Of a DNA stretch of 64,000 nt, positions 14,455-27,884 are shown in pieces. Each line of letters starts with the position of its first letter. Positions within the stretch are counted from its first letter, which is position 1. The stretch is taken from contig OZ024750.1 of the NCBI GenBank assembly GCA_964016885.1, positions 40,920,001-40,984,000 on the forward strand, written 5' to 3'. The stretch comes from Eledone cirrhosa. Lineage: Eukaryota. The translations under genes and the position numbers were made by a program. The notes below the pieces were generated by a model. The model was not told the origin of the DNA and ran no database searches. It saw only the letters and a list, made by a program, of their open reading frames with translations.

Positions 14455-17400
14455 CTATAGTCTGATGTAGAGTGAAGGCCCATTCACACGGGCCATTCTC
14501 GCCACTTTCACCCATCTTTCATAGAAACGGCTGGGGTGCAGCACCTCTCTCTCCATCCTGATCCTTCTTCCGAAATGATATCGGAAGAAACGGACCAGTT
14601 GTTGGCCAGAGAGAAAGGTGCCCGACCTCAGTCCTTTCAGACGCGTCCACCATACAACCTCTTTCGCCATGGCTATTACGCACAGAAACACCGCCTCTGC
14701 TTCATCTTTGAAGGGGGGAGGCGGCTTGATCATTACAATAGACTCGGTGGTCAACCGGATCGGTTCCACCCTTGACAGCAGTTGTTCGACATAGCCCCAC
14801 AGATCGGCTACGCCCGAGCAGTGTACCAATGCGTGTGCAACGGTTTCCTCGTCGCACACGCATCTGGGACAGATCTTTTTGGCGGGGTCCCTACCCGGGC
14901 GCCCGTGTCTGTAGAGCCTTTCTCGAACGGGTAAAGCCCCTCGGTAGCACTGCCAGGCCAGGGACTTCTGGAAGTTGTCCATAGGTCCCGGGCTGAATGT
15001 CCTACCGAACAGGCTGGCCAGTTCGTCCTCCTCCATGTCTAGGGCTTCTCCGAGGGCGTCGTCGCACCTGCTGCGCACCAGCCCTCTATAGAATGTTGCG
15101 GTGGAGTCTCCACTGATAACCGGATCCGCCTGCCAGAGGGCGGTGAGCGCCTGGGCACACTCAGTGTGCCAGGCGCCCAGTTTTCTCGGTCTTTGCTTGA
15201 CCCAGGATTGCAGCTCGGTGAGTGAGACGAGTCTGGGAAAGGTTCGTCTCACAAACGAGGCCCACACCGGTTGTCCGGTGAGGAATACGTAGAGGTGCCG
15301 TAGCCTTAATGCGTGTTTACGCATCATTAGCCACGGCATCCCCAGCCCTCCTTTCGAAGGGTGTTGACAGCAGATGGATCTCCTCACCATAGGAGCCCGC
15401 CTCTTCCAAAGGAATTGGAAGAGCGCGCGCTCCATCTTGGTGAGGGTTTCCCTTGGGCAGGGCACTACGGTCAGGCGGTAGTAGATGACGGACGCTATGT
15501 AGGTGTTCGCCACCTCCGCCCGACCTTTCAGGGATAGTTTGCAACTGGCCCACTTCTGGGTCAGTGCAAACACCCTGTTCGTAACCTCCGCCCAGTTTTT
15601 CTCCACCTGGAGGTCCGGTCCGAACCAGACCCCGAGCAACTTCACCGGGCCCTCCGTCCAGCGTCCGACGACGCTATCGGAGGGCATCGGTCTGCCCCTC
15701 CACGTGCCGAGTTGCAAACCGATCGACTTGTCCCGGTTCAGCTTAGCCCCTGTGAACTTTTCGTACTCCTCCAGTAAGGTGCCAACCGCCTCGATTTCGG
15801 AGGCCGTCGACACCATTACTGTCACGTCATCGGCGTAGGCCGACACCGCTTTCCGCAATCCCGGTTCCATAGGGATGCCCTGCAACAACTCCAACTTCCG
15901 CAGTAGTGGCTCGAGAGTCAACACATACAGAAGGGAGGAGAGGGGGCACCCTTGTCGGATGGACTGCGCGATTTTGAACGGCTCCGAGAGGTAGCCGTTC
16001 ACCTTGACCCTAGAGCAGATGCGGCTGCTGTGCATAGCAGTGATCCAGCCCCTGAAAACGGGTCCGAAGCCTGCCGCCGCTAGCACCGCATCCAGGTAAC
16101 CATGGTCGACCCTATCGAACGCCTTAGATTGATCCAAGTTGATCAGAGCCCCACCAAAGCCGGGTTCGTTCCCAACCCTCTCTATGATGTATCGCATGAG
16201 GTGGAGGTTGTCATGGATGGACCTGGACGGGATAGCGCATGTCTGCGCATCTCCCACCAGGTTGCCCACGACAAGCGCCAACCTCTTTGCTAGCACCTTG
16301 GCCAAAATCTGTAACTCTGTATTTAGCAGTGTTATGGGCCTGAAGTTACTTATTTCGTCCCCCTTGTTCTCGTCCTTCCTCACTAGCGTGACTACGCCCT
16401 TGGTCACAGTACAGGGAATTCTCCCGTTCTGTTGCCAGTTGCAGTAGACCGCCTCGAGGAGATCGGGGAACAAGTCCGGCATAGCTAGATATAATTCGTA
16501 AGGAAGACCATCGAGACCCGGGGATTTGCGTTTGCCGCATTGGCTCAGCACGTCCTCTATCTCAGCGGCCGAAATCGGCTCCTCGCAGGACTTCGCCTCC
16601 CTGTCTGAGAGGCGCGGCAGGCCGTCGAGGTATGGACCGAAGTCCACGTTCCCAACCGGCTCCCCGCCCCTCCCGAACAGTCGGGCAAAGTGCCTTTGAA
16701 AGGCCTCACACATCTGCTTAGGCTCAAGAATCGCCCGTCCATCCAGGTCTCGCAAAGACCGGATGGTGGATTTAGTTCCACTGTTGGCCTCTGTCACGCG
16801 GGCCCAGCCAACAGCTTTGGTCCCCTCGTTCCCTAGAGCACGTATTTTACTTCGGACAACGCAGCCTTCGTGCTTCGCGTCGAAAAACTGGCTCAAAGCC
16901 GTTCTCGACGCTAGCACTCTGGCCACGTCGCCGCTTCTAATTGCCTCTTCTACTCTATCTATTAGCTCCCTTTCCTTCCTATTCCTATCCGCAGCTAGAA
17001 CCTTACTAAATTCTATCGAGACTACTCTAATCTCTCTCTTTAGAGATACCCACCACCTGCTGTTGACGATCGCTCCAGTCAACCGTTCCTTAACTAACGT
17101 ACTAATCCGATTCCTGTAGGCTCTACTTGCCGGCAAGGACAAGTTGAGCTTCCAGTAACCGGGGCCCTGTCTATGAGTTCTGTCAAGGTTGACCATGCAG
17201 GTCACTAATTTGTGGTCTGAATAGCCAACAATGCGCATTTTTGGACAACTTAAAAAGTCCTTATCCTTAATTCTAACTAAGAACCTATCTAGGTACGACC
17301 TAGATGATCCGCTACGATTTGCCCAAGTCCAGGTTGGCGCAGTCGGAAAATCTAGTCGATATCTATCGGCCAGGTCAAATCGACCGATTATCCCTTTGAG

Positions 17401-17892
17401 GCTATTACACCCCTCTCTATCGGGGCAGGCCCCTACGTAGTCCCAGCGTGCATCTAGGATACCATTCCAGTCCCCCACTAATAGCAAGGAGCGGGACGTC
17501 CCTAGAAAAGTCTCCAGACGATGGAAGAAGTCCGGCCGCATTGACCCGAAAGGGCCGTAGGCGGCTACCAACCTAAACGCTCCGCCTTTACCACTGCCAA
17601 GGTCCAGAACCACTAGTCGACCCTCCGGGTCCAAATGTACCATCTGTGTTGCGAGACCCAGATGTTTTTGCAGCAGAACGACAACTCCACCCCCACCTCC
17701 GGGCTGACAGAGAGATGCGTGCATCTCAAAGTCATCAAAGGTGGGGGCCAGCTGTCGCACGTTGCTGATCCGGGCCTCGCAAATAACCATCACATCTATA
17801 CGTTGTGACCTGAGGTCATTTAGAAGCATTGCTTGCTTCCAAGTTGAGCCCAGGCCACGCGCATTTAAACAGCCTACTCTTAGCATAGCCAT
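14455..17892 (-). CDS. LINE ORF2: APE endonuclease, reverse transcriptase and C-terminal zinc-binding domain
   Basis: APE motifs LNARGL, ICE, GDWN, SYLDRFL, SDH; GPGYWKLN; RT motifs KSPGLDG, FRPITLLN, DQSKAFDRV, RQGCPLS, YADD; GGLG; CPRC..H..C. First ATG at 17892 (the ORF track starts at a GTG at 17916). Confidence 0.96.
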   Translation of the reverse strand: MAMLRVGCLNARGLGSTWKQAMLLNDLRSQRIDVMVICEARISNVRQLAPTFDDFEMHASLCQPGGGGGVVVLLQKHLGLATQMVHLDPEGRLVVLDLGSGKGGAFRLVAAYGPFGSMRPDFFHRLETFLGTSRSLLLVGDWNGILDARWDYVGACPDREGCNSLKGIIGRFDLADRYRLDFPTAPTWTWANRSGSSRSYLDRFLVRIKDKDFLSCPKMRIVGYSDHKLVTCMVNLDRTHRQGPGYWKLNLSLPASRAYRNRISTLVKERLTGAIVNSRWWVSLKREIRVVSIEFSKVLAADRNRKERELIDRVEEAIRSGDVARVLASRTALSQFFDAKHEGCVVRSKIRALGNEGTKAVGWARVTEANSGTKSTIRSLRDLDGRAILEPKQMCEAFQRHFARLFGRGGEPVGNVDFGPYLDGLPRLSDREAKSCEEPISAAEIEDVLSQCGKRKSPGLDGLPYELYLAMPDLFPDLLEAVYCNWQQNGRIPCTVTKGVVTLVRKDENKGDEISNFRPITLLNTELQILAKVLAKRLALVVGNLVGDAQTCAIPSRSIHDNLHLMRYIIERVGNEPGFGGALINLDQSKAFDRVDHGYLDAVLAAAGFGPVFRGWITAMHSSRICSRVKVNGYLSEPFKIAQSIRQGCPLSSLLYVLTLEPLLRKLELLQGIPMEPGLRKAVSAYADDVTVMVSTASEIEAVGTLLEEYEKFTGAKLNRDKSIGLQLGTWRGRPMPSDSVVGRWTEGPVKLLGVWFGPDLQVEKNWAEVTNRVFALTQKWASCKLSLKGRAEVANTYIASVIYYRLTVVPCPRETLTKMERALFQFLWKRRAPMVRRSICCQHPSKGGLGMPWLMMRKHALRLRHLYVFLTGQPVWASFVRRTFPRLVSLTELQSWVKQRPRKLGAWHTECAQALTALWQADPVISGDSTATFYRGLVRSRCDDALGEALDMEEDELASLFGRTFSPGPMDNFQKSLAWQCYRGALPVRERLYRHGRPGRDPAKKICPRCVCDEETVAHALVHCSGVADLWGYVEQLLSRVEPIRLTTESIVMIKPPPPFKDEAEAVFLCVIAMAKEVVWWTRLKGLRSGTFLSGQQLVRFFRYHFGRRIRMEREVLHPSRFYERWVKVARMARVNGPSLYIRL

Positions 17893-17916
17893 GTTGGTGG
17901 TGAAGAGAAAAGGCAC

Positions 17917-19704
17917 TTACCTCTCTGCGTCCCGGGTATCGGGCTGCACAATTTCCATTAGGGTGGGGGATGGGTTGTTGGGTGGGGTGGTGGTTTGTGG
18001 AAGTGTGGGGGCATCAGTGTGTTGTGTGGTTGGGGAGCTTGGAGTTGTGAGGGTGTTTGGGGAGGGGGTGGGATAGTTTTTTAGGAGGACGCGGTTAATG
18101 GGCCCGACGCAGGGGGGACCCACGTCCTCTTTAAAATTGTTTTTTAAAGTTTTATAGGTGTCCTGTGGGGCCTTAATCATTTTGAGGTGGGGGAAATCCC
18201 CTGCCTGGGTGAAGTTAGGCCCTTGTGTTTTTATTAGATTGTTGTTGTACACAATGTTTAACAGTTTTTTGTTTCTTGTATTTATGTATGTGTATGCATG
18301 TTTTTGTTTTTGTGTGGTGTTTTTTGTTTGCTGTTGTGAGCTCTTTTGTGTTGGTGTCAGTGTTATGTTTTGGGGAGGGGTTTTTTTCATTTGTGTGTCT
18401 GAGGTGTGTTTTCTTTTTTTTCTTTTGATTGTGTGGAAGTGCTCCTCCTCGTCTGACGACGAACTAGGGTCATCTTCCGCGTTGGAGGGGAGGGGTATAT
18501 TTTCGGGTTGTGTTTGCGGTACGGGTGTTTTGGAAATTGTTTTTGTTTTTTGAGTGGAGGGGATGGGTTGGACATTGTTTTGTTTTGGTTTGAGCTGTGG
18601 TGGTTGTTTTTGTAGTGGTAGTTGTGGTGATTGTGTTGGTTGTGCAGTTGTTGGTGGTGTAGGCAGGATTGGGGTTTTCTTATTAAGTTGGGGACATACA
18701 GCCCTCAGGTGACCTCTGGTTCCGCAGAGGTAACACGAGGGCCGTCTACCCTCAACGGTAATGTTGATGAAGGTTAGATCATCCAGTATGACGCGTTCAG
18801 GGATCTGGGCGATCCTTTCGGGCCTCATTTGAACTACAAGTTCGAGGCTCGTTCCACTGAACGCGTCACCCGATGCCTTTCCCATGGACACCAGCATGTC
18901 ATCCTCCAGGTCCAGAAAACCTGTCAAAACCCACCATATGTCCATAATCGGCAGGATGGTGTGGATTTTTATTTTTTGTGTTCTTCTACCCATGTACGTA
19001 GGGTAGAAGGTGTATGCGGTGGATGTGATTGGTTTGATGGACAGTTTCACTGCTGTGTCCCTGTCCTTCATGAGAATGGATAGACTCCCGTAGAGTCTAT
19101 CCTTCTGAATGAAGGTGATGTCCTTCATGACGTCTTTTAAAACCAGCTCTATCTCGCTCTGTGATGGTTGAGCTGGTTTTTTACTTTTGTTCGAGATTGT
19201 CCTAAACATGACCGTGTTTAGGAGTCTCTGGCTTTTTAGTTCCGGGGGGGAATGGATTGTGAATGAACCATTTTCCCCGTACACTATATATTTTTTCGCA
19301 TCCGCCAGTAGCTCCTTCGCTTTTGTTATATCTACTGGCAGATAGTCGAGGGTTTTCCTTGTCGTCTCGGCGAAGGAGAAATTTTGTTTGTTTGTGTTGT
19401 TGTTGTCGTTGGTGGTGTTGTTGTTATCATTGTTGTTGTTGTCACCGTTATTGGTCTTGTTGTTGTTATTGTTATTGTTATTGGTGTTGTTATCGTCCGT
19501 CGCATTGTTGTTGTTGTTGCTGTTGCTGCTGGTTCTTTGGGTTGTTGCCATGGCAACGTCAAGTTGTCGGTTAACAGGTGGAGAGAATTCTTCCTCTGGA
19601 TGACCTATCTTCTTGACCTCTGCTACTGTGACAGTGGCAGGGGGAAGCTGTAAGTTCATCTTCCCCTTTCCTCCTTCGAATTTTGGTGAAGAAGCTTCAG
19701 CCAT
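17917..19704 (-). CDS. LINE ORF1: Gag-like nucleic-acid-binding protein with a CCHC zinc knuckle
   Basis: 595 aa; [14 protein letters not shown] (CX2CX4HX4C), Asn-rich N-terminus, P/T/Q-rich and basic (KRKKRK) C-terminal half; directly upstream of ORF2. Confidence 0.9.
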   Translation of the reverse strand: MAEASSPKFEGGKGKMNLQLPPATVTVAEVKKIGHPEEEFSPPVNRQLDVAMATTQRTSSNSNNNNNATDDNNTNNNNNNNNKTNNGDNNNNDNNNTTNDNNNTNKQNFSFAETTRKTLDYLPVDITKAKELLADAKKYIVYGENGSFTIHSPPELKSQRLLNTVMFRTISNKSKKPAQPSQSEIELVLKDVMKDITFIQKDRLYGSLSILMKDRDTAVKLSIKPITSTAYTFYPTYMGRRTQKIKIHTILPIMDIWWVLTGFLDLEDDMLVSMGKASGDAFSGTSLELVVQMRPERIAQIPERVILDDLTFINITVEGRRPSCYLCGTRGHLRAVCPQLNKKTPILPTPPTTAQPTQSPQLPLQKQPPQLKPKQNNVQPIPSTQKTKTISKTPVPQTQPENIPLPSNAEDDPSSSSDEEEHFHTIKRKKRKHTSDTQMKKTPPQNITLTPTQKSSQQQTKNTTQKQKHAYTYINTRNKKLLNIVYNNNLIKTQGPNFTQAGDFPHLKMIKAPQDTYKTLKNNFKEDVGPPCVGPINRVLLKNYPTPSPNTLTTPSSPTTQHTDAPTLPQTTTPPNNPSPTLMEIVQPDTRDAER

Positions 19705-19735
19705 TTAAAAAAATATTGACTTTTCAACAAGAAAG

Positions 19736-21661
<1,926 letters not shown>

Positions 21662-21821
21662 TTAGAAACACACAGATAGATGCGGGGACACACATATACA
21701 TGAATGCATCCACACCCAACCGTGAGTTAAGGGTGCCAACCTCACCGATGTTGCTCAATGAATGACTGGGACAGACCAATCCGGTTGAACTAGACTGAAC
21801 CAGTATCAGAGTTAAAATTAC

Positions 21822-22512
21822 ATTATGAAGAGAGAAGAAACATTTAGATATAATTAGTAATAAAATGTATCATACCTAAACTGCTCCTAGATTCCTCGAC
21901 TACGTAGTTTCGTGGCATAAACAAAAACAATACATCATAAAGATATAGAGTCCCTGCGAGGTCTGCCGACTTATCAAGAGGATACCTCATTTTACTAGTC
22001 TCAAGAACGCGTCTACACGACGTGAGAAAGAATCCCAAAAGGCGGAGGGGGAGATAGTCACGCGATATAACGGTCGAGAAACAGAGCTAAGCCTCTTATA
22101 CTGGTTGAGTAATCTTTGAAGTGTGGTGACTGCTGGAAAGCTGCCATTACTCATACTTCTCGCCTCCTTCACCATCTCTTCTACGGCTTCGATATAAATA
22201 CCCCCTCCGCCTCTGTGGTATTTTCTTCGGGGTTATAAGAGGCTTAGCTCTGTTTCTCGACCGTTATATCGCGTGACTATCTCCCCCTCCGCCTTTTGGG
22301 ATTCTTTCTCACGTCGTGTAGACGCGTTCTTGAGACTAGTAAAATGAGGTATCCTCTTGATAAGTCGGCAGACCTCGCAGGGACTCTATATCTTTATGAT
22401 GTATTGTTTTTGTTTATGCCACGAAACTACGTAGTCGAGGAATCTAGGAACAGTTTAGGTATGATACATTTTATTACTAATTATATCTAAATGTTTCTTC
22501 TCTCTTCATAAT
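21822..22512 (+). mobile_element. Penelope-like pLTR remnant with ~280-bp inverted duplication (family P2)
   Basis: 21822-22100 is the near-perfect reverse complement of 22234-22512; TATAAATA in the spacer; hammerhead variant in the arms. Confidence 0.72.
22352..22441 (+). ncRNA. Type-I hammerhead ribozyme, U3-A8 core variant (mirror copy on the minus strand at 21893-21982)
   Basis: TCCTC-TTGATAA-GTcGGCA..TGCCAC-GAAA-CTACGTAG-TC-GAGGA; GUC cleavage triplet, palindromic stem III. Confidence 0.72.
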
Positions 22513-22582
22513 ATATATATATATATGTAGATATAGATATATATATATATAGAGAGAGAGATATATATATATATGTAGATAT

Positions 22583-22619
<37 letters not shown>

Positions 22620-22734
22620 GATATAGATATAGATATATATAGATATAGATATATAGATATATATATATATAGATATATAGATATATAGATATATATATAT
22701 ATAGATATATATATATATAGATATATATATATAT

Positions 22735-22781
<47 letters not shown>

Positions 22782-23277
22782 TATATATATATAGATATAT
22801 ATATATAGATATATATATCTAGATATATATATCTAGATATATATATCTAGATAGATATATATATAGATATAGATATATATATAGATATAGATATATAGAT
22901 ATATATATATATCAAAGGAAATGTGGTAAGGAACCAGGTTGAGTCCAGAATTAGCCGTCGAAACGGCTTGAGCTCAGCCGTCGGGGTCCTACTCGTTCCT
23001 ATATATATATATATAGATATATATATAGAATAAGGAAAAGCGAAGTAGTTCAAGTCCTTTAATAATAATGCTGTCATATATATTTCAATGACGACACTGG
23101 CCACACTGTTCTGCGTGCGAGTGTCGTGACATCATCAGACAGCTTGTTACATAATAAGGTTATGATTCCGAGGCAATCTAAATTGAATCGACATGGGAAC
23201 GGATGAAGTGTGTGCTTTTGGGTTCTTCATCCGTTCCCCTGTGAGTACCAATTCCTAATAGATATATATATATCTAG

Positions 23278-23322
<45 letters not shown>

Positions 23323-23384
23323 TAGATATATATATATATATATAGATAGATATAGATATATATATATATATAGATATCTATATC

Positions 23385-23477
<93 letters not shown>

Positions 23478-23524
23478 TTAGATATATCGATATATCTAGA
23501 TATAAATATATATATATATATATA

Positions 23525-23560
<36 letters not shown>

Positions 23561-23605
23561 TAGATATAGATATATATATATAGATAGATATAGATATGTA
23601 TATAT

Positions 23606-23638
<33 letters not shown>

Positions 23639-23845
23639 TAGATATAGATATATATATATAGATAGATATAGATATGTATATATAGATATATATATATATA
23701 TATATATATAGACATAGATATATATCTATAGATATATAGATATAGATATATTGATATAGATAGATAGATATATATATATATAGATATAGATATATATAGA
23801 TATAGATATATATATATATATAGATATATATATATATAGATATAT
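22513..23845. repeat. (TA)n/(TAGA)n tracts with inserts at 22912-23000 and 23028-23258
   Basis: Direct inspection. Confidence 0.88.
23070..23143 (-). ncRNA. Type-I hammerhead-like motif with non-canonical G at position 17
   Basis: Minus strand: GCTGT-CTGATGA-..ACGACACT..AGTGTCGT..-GAAA-TATATA-TG-ACAGC, then ATTAAA. Confidence 0.62.
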
Positions 23846-24162
23846 ATTACGTCCACTTTTCCCTGCTTGCAAGGGTGGGACGGGAACTGATTCAGGCTTT
23901 ATTTCTACAGCTGGATGCCCTTCCTAACACCAACCTCATTTACAGTGAGTGCTGGGTGCTTTTTTTGCCGTGGCACCTCCACGATCACTTTGCAGTGGAA
24001 TTATAGGGACCCCAGTCCCTATCATCTCATTTCTACAGCTGAGTGAACTGGAGCAATGTGAAATAAAGTGTCTTGCTCAAGGAAACAACACATCACCCGG
24101 TCTGAGAATTGAACTCACAACCTTTCTATTGCAAGGCCAATGCTCTAACCACTAAGCCATGT
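23846..24162 (-). mobile_element. SINE family 2 copy
   Basis: Reverse complement of 12170-12505. Confidence 0.88.
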
Positions 24163-24181
24163 ATATGTAATATATATATAT

Positions 24182-24620
24182 ATTAGGATTGGTGCTCTGA
24201 AATAGCGATGTATACATGAATGTATGTATAGTATATTTGGCAATATATCGTATGTTTAATTAAAAACATTTTGAAGACCTTGCACTATCATTTTAAAGTA
24301 GTGACTATGTCACTTACTTTTTTTTTCGGCTATTTCAGAGACCAATCCTAATTTTTAATTTTTGCTGGACCGGCAATCGTCCTGTATAATCAGTTCCAGA
24401 TTATTCCTGGAATTCTATAAGAATCCAGCCTCTATAATTTTCGACAGAGGTCAGGGAGTACGTTGCTCTGATGAACATCAACAGTGTGAAACAGAATCTG
24501 TCAGCTTCTCTCCTTTCCTTTGCCGAAAAAAGAAGTAAGTGACATAGTCACTACTGTAAAATGATAGCGCAAGGTCTTCAAAATGCTTTTAATTAAAGAT
24601 ACGGTATATTGCCAAATGTA
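24182..24620 (+). mobile_element. Penelope-like pLTR remnant with nested inverted duplications (family P3)
   Basis: 24232-24330 is inverted relative to 24521-24620; 24182-24206 is inverted relative to 24329-24352; hammerhead in the spacer. Confidence 0.65.
24455..24512 (+). ncRNA. Canonical type-I hammerhead ribozyme
   Basis: GCT-CTGATGA-ACA..TGT-GAAA-CAG aat CTG-TC-AGC; all three stems present, GUC site. Confidence 0.8.
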
Positions 24621-24775
24621 TATATATATATATATATATATCAACTAGAATGCTCGGATCTATTCATTGGAATCTTTGAGCTTATTCTACGGTGGATATG
24701 GCGCATGTCTCGGACATGACTCCCTTAATTTAATTTAATTAAATTAATTTTATATTTAGTATATATATATATATA

Positions 24776-25187
24776 ATTGTTTCTACTTTTGGCACAAGGC
24801 CATCAATTACCCAGTACATTACTGGTACTTTATTTTATCGACCCCGTAAGGATGAAAGGCAAAGTTAACCTCGACGGGATTTGAACTCAGATCGTAAAAG
24901 GACGTAACTCTTTGCGTCAAAGCATGGCATCCGACCCTCTACCGATACTGCCAATCCACTGCCATTATATATATATATAATGGTGTTAGATTGGCAGGGT
25001 GTTAGATTGGCAGTATCGGTAGAGAGTTGGACACCATGCTTTGCAGCATAGAGTTACAGTCCTTTATCGTCTGAGTTCAAATCCCACCGAGGTAAACTTT
25101 GCCTTTCATCCTTACGGGGTCGATAAAATAAAATACCAGTAACGCACTGGGTAATTACTGGCCTTGTGCCTAAAGTAGAAACAATTA
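24776..25187. mobile_element. Two SINE family 1 copies head-to-head (- 24776-24965, + 24998-25187)
   Basis: Both match the family 1 consensus and differ from each other at several positions. Confidence 0.85.
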
Positions 25188-25287
25188 TATATATATATAA
25201 TGTCAGTATATGGTTGATGGCTGAGAGAAAGGAGTACTCAATACCAAAGTATAGATTTAATATTCATTTATTAAGGCTGAATAGTGA

Positions 25288-25340
25288 GTCTTGTTACTCT
25301 GGAGTTTCACCTGTTTATCACAGGTTCATCAGGCTAGAAC
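25288..25340 (-). ncRNA. Hammerhead core (stems II and III intact, stem I unpaired)
   Basis: Minus strand: CTGATGA-ACCTGT gataa ACAGGT-GAAA-CTC ca GAG-TA; AATAAA and GTATTGAGTAC downstream. Confidence 0.6.
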
Positions 25341-26247
25341 TATGCAATCTACATCATTGTATAATCAATTATTCCACACTGTTGAATAGTATCTCTTCAA
25401 TATTTCATATAGAGTGCAGCCCTTCTCTTATACATATAGATCTTTGTTAGGACCTGGTGTACATGTGGAATTTTATAAATAATGACATTCCTGTTTGTCA
25501 TGCACTGAAATACTTAAAACATTTCTGTTGTCTCATAAATTATTGAAAACTCAACTACTTTCCAGTTTCTGTGACTTTATTAGAATATTCTAATATGGCT
25601 TCTACATTTCGTTTGGAACAACAACATTCTTAAGTCCATCCGTATGTCATGAACGCCTAACTTGTGACAGTCAAGTTTAAGATTAAAATTCTGATATGAA
25701 AACCATAGAATGATAGTGGATTAAGAAGTACATATAACTTCATAAAACGTACATATGCTTCTAATAAAAGATGCAGTAAAAATAAACCAACAACACTCCT
25801 GATGATGGAACTGTGAAGAACTGGAAACATTGACAAAATTATGGAATTAGGAACTTTGTTTTTCCAAACGAACTGCAGAGGTCTTATTAGAGAATATGAG
25901 ATTTGAATAAAGAAATTGAAAACTGTGGCTTTTCGCACGCACGCACGCACGCACGCACACGCGTCCTTCCTAACACCAGCCACTGTACTGGGAACACTAG
26001 AGAGGTTGTCAAGTTCTTAACTCTGTACACTGAAAATGTTTACCTCTTCAGAATGTTTGGGGAGATGTTTTATTTTCCATACTGCTTGATGTCATAGATT
26101 CAGACCTTCTTAACCTTTACCTCACCATATTTCTAATGAAAGACACTACTTATGTATTTCAAATAATTTTGAAAATAATCAAGAATTTTAAGGGATTTAA
26201 TAATACAACTAACTTTCTTGTTATTAAGCTGGTGTTTTGAGCTTAAC

Positions 26248-26474
26248 TTAACCCTCTAGCATTGAAACCGGCTGTATCTAGCCAGAATGATCTCACCTCT
26301 TTCTTCTCAAACTGGCTGTAACCAGCCCCTCATACTGACGTTAAGGTATTGTTCTCAAAATAAATAACAAAATCTCATAGATTCGAATATTATGTGAGGT
26401 AATGATGTGAGACAAATTGCTTACCATGAAAATATCATAGTATATATAGAGTGATGTAAATGGTGGGGAATTAA
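26248..26474 (+). mobile_element. piggyBac-like MITE (family A) nested in a related TTAA-CCTTT repeat (~26110-26586)
   Basis: TTAA-CCCTCTAGCATT start, body homologous to 46492-46940, degenerate right end. Confidence 0.65.
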
Positions 26475-27187
26475 CAAAGGTATTTATATAAAATTATGAT
26501 GGAAGGTTTTAGATAAATATAAACACTGTAAAATAAACAATTTTGTATGATAGAACCAAAGGTAGTTTGGTATCAAAAAGGTTAAAGTTATGTATTTTAG
26601 ATAATTTTGAAATGAAAATTTGATGGTATTTAGTGATACAATTAATTTCCTCAATATTAAGCTGATGTCTTGAACATAACTTCACAAAGATTCTAACATA
26701 ACATTCTGAAGGTAAATGGAAAGAGAGCTGGTTTCAGGCAGTTTCATAGTAAAAAGTTAATCCTGTGATGGATTGGCATGTACTTTGTTTGTCACTTAAC
26801 ATGACATAGAACAAAGTTGAGCTTCTGTCTGTGCTCCAGAAAGACTTTACCATAATCTTGTGATTTTTACCAACCTAGTATCATCATCATCATCATCACC
26901 ACCATCAACATTACCATCATCACCACAATCATCATCATCATCATCATTTAATGTCCGTTTTCCCTGTTATCAAAACCCTAACCCTGCCATACTGTAGTAA
27001 CCACAACTGTTGGCCCCAAACAAGGGTTCATAGTCTTAACACTTTACCCTTCTCCTTTTACTCACAAAATTCCAGTAATATACATTACTACCTGTTTTAA
27101 CCCTTTCACACTGTCTATGGTTTTCAAATTATTTTGAAAAAAAAATCAAGAATTTTGAAGAGATTTAGTAAACTAACTTTCTCATTA

Positions 27188-27879
27188 TTAACCCTTTACC
27201 ATTTACATTACTCTATATTTACTATTATATTTTCATGGTAAAGGCTTTACTTCACATAATATCTACATTACTCTATATTTACTATTGTATGTTCATGGTA
27301 AAGGCTTTACTTCACATAATATCTACATTACTCTATATTTACTATTATATTTACTATTGTATTTTCATGGTAAAGGCTTCACATAATATCTACATTACTC
27401 TATATTTACTATTGTATTTTCATGGTAAAGGCTTTACCTCACATAATATCTACATTATTCTATATTTACTATCATATTTACTATTGTATTTTCATGGTAA
27501 AGGCTTTACCTCACATAATATCTACATTACTCTATATATACTATTATATTTTCTATTGTATTTTCATGGTAAAGGCTTTACCTCGCATAATATCTTCATT
27601 ACTCTATATATACTATTATATTTTCTATTGTATTTTCATGGTAAAGGCTTTACCTCACATAATATCTACATTACTCTATATATACTATTATATTTTCATG
27701 GTAAAGGTTTTACCTCATGTAATTATCTCACATAATATTGAATCTATGAGATTTTGATATTATTTATTTTGAGAACAATGCCTTAACATAAGTATGAGTG
27801 GCTGGTTACGGTTGGTTTGAACAGAAAGAGGTGAGAGAATTCTGGCAGGATATGGCAGGTTTAAATGCTAGAGGGTTAA
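27188..27879 (-). mobile_element. piggyBac-like MITE family A with internal ~60-75-bp tandem amplification
   Basis: TTAA-CCCTTTACCATTT ... AAATGCTAGAGGG-TTAA; internal repeats of TTTTCATGGTAAAGGCTTTACCTCACATAATATCTACATTACTCTATA. Confidence 0.75.
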
Positions 27880-27884
27880 CTGAA

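Larger units (their letters stand above)
14192..19735 (-). mobile_element. Apparently full-length L1-clade (Tx1-group-like) non-LTR retrotransposon
   Basis: Two long uninterrupted ORFs, ~30-nt 5' UTR, ~260-nt 3' UTR ending in AATAAAAGAAAC; both ends abut (TA)n/(TAGA)n. Confidence 0.93.

Noticed and set aside
14536-19653. Plus-strand ORFs inside the LINE
   Set aside because: Antisense shadows of ORF1/ORF2 with no recognisable motifs
25795-25890. CTGATGA with a TGGAA/TTCCA stem
   Set aside because: No properly placed GAAA or stem I; too degenerate to call
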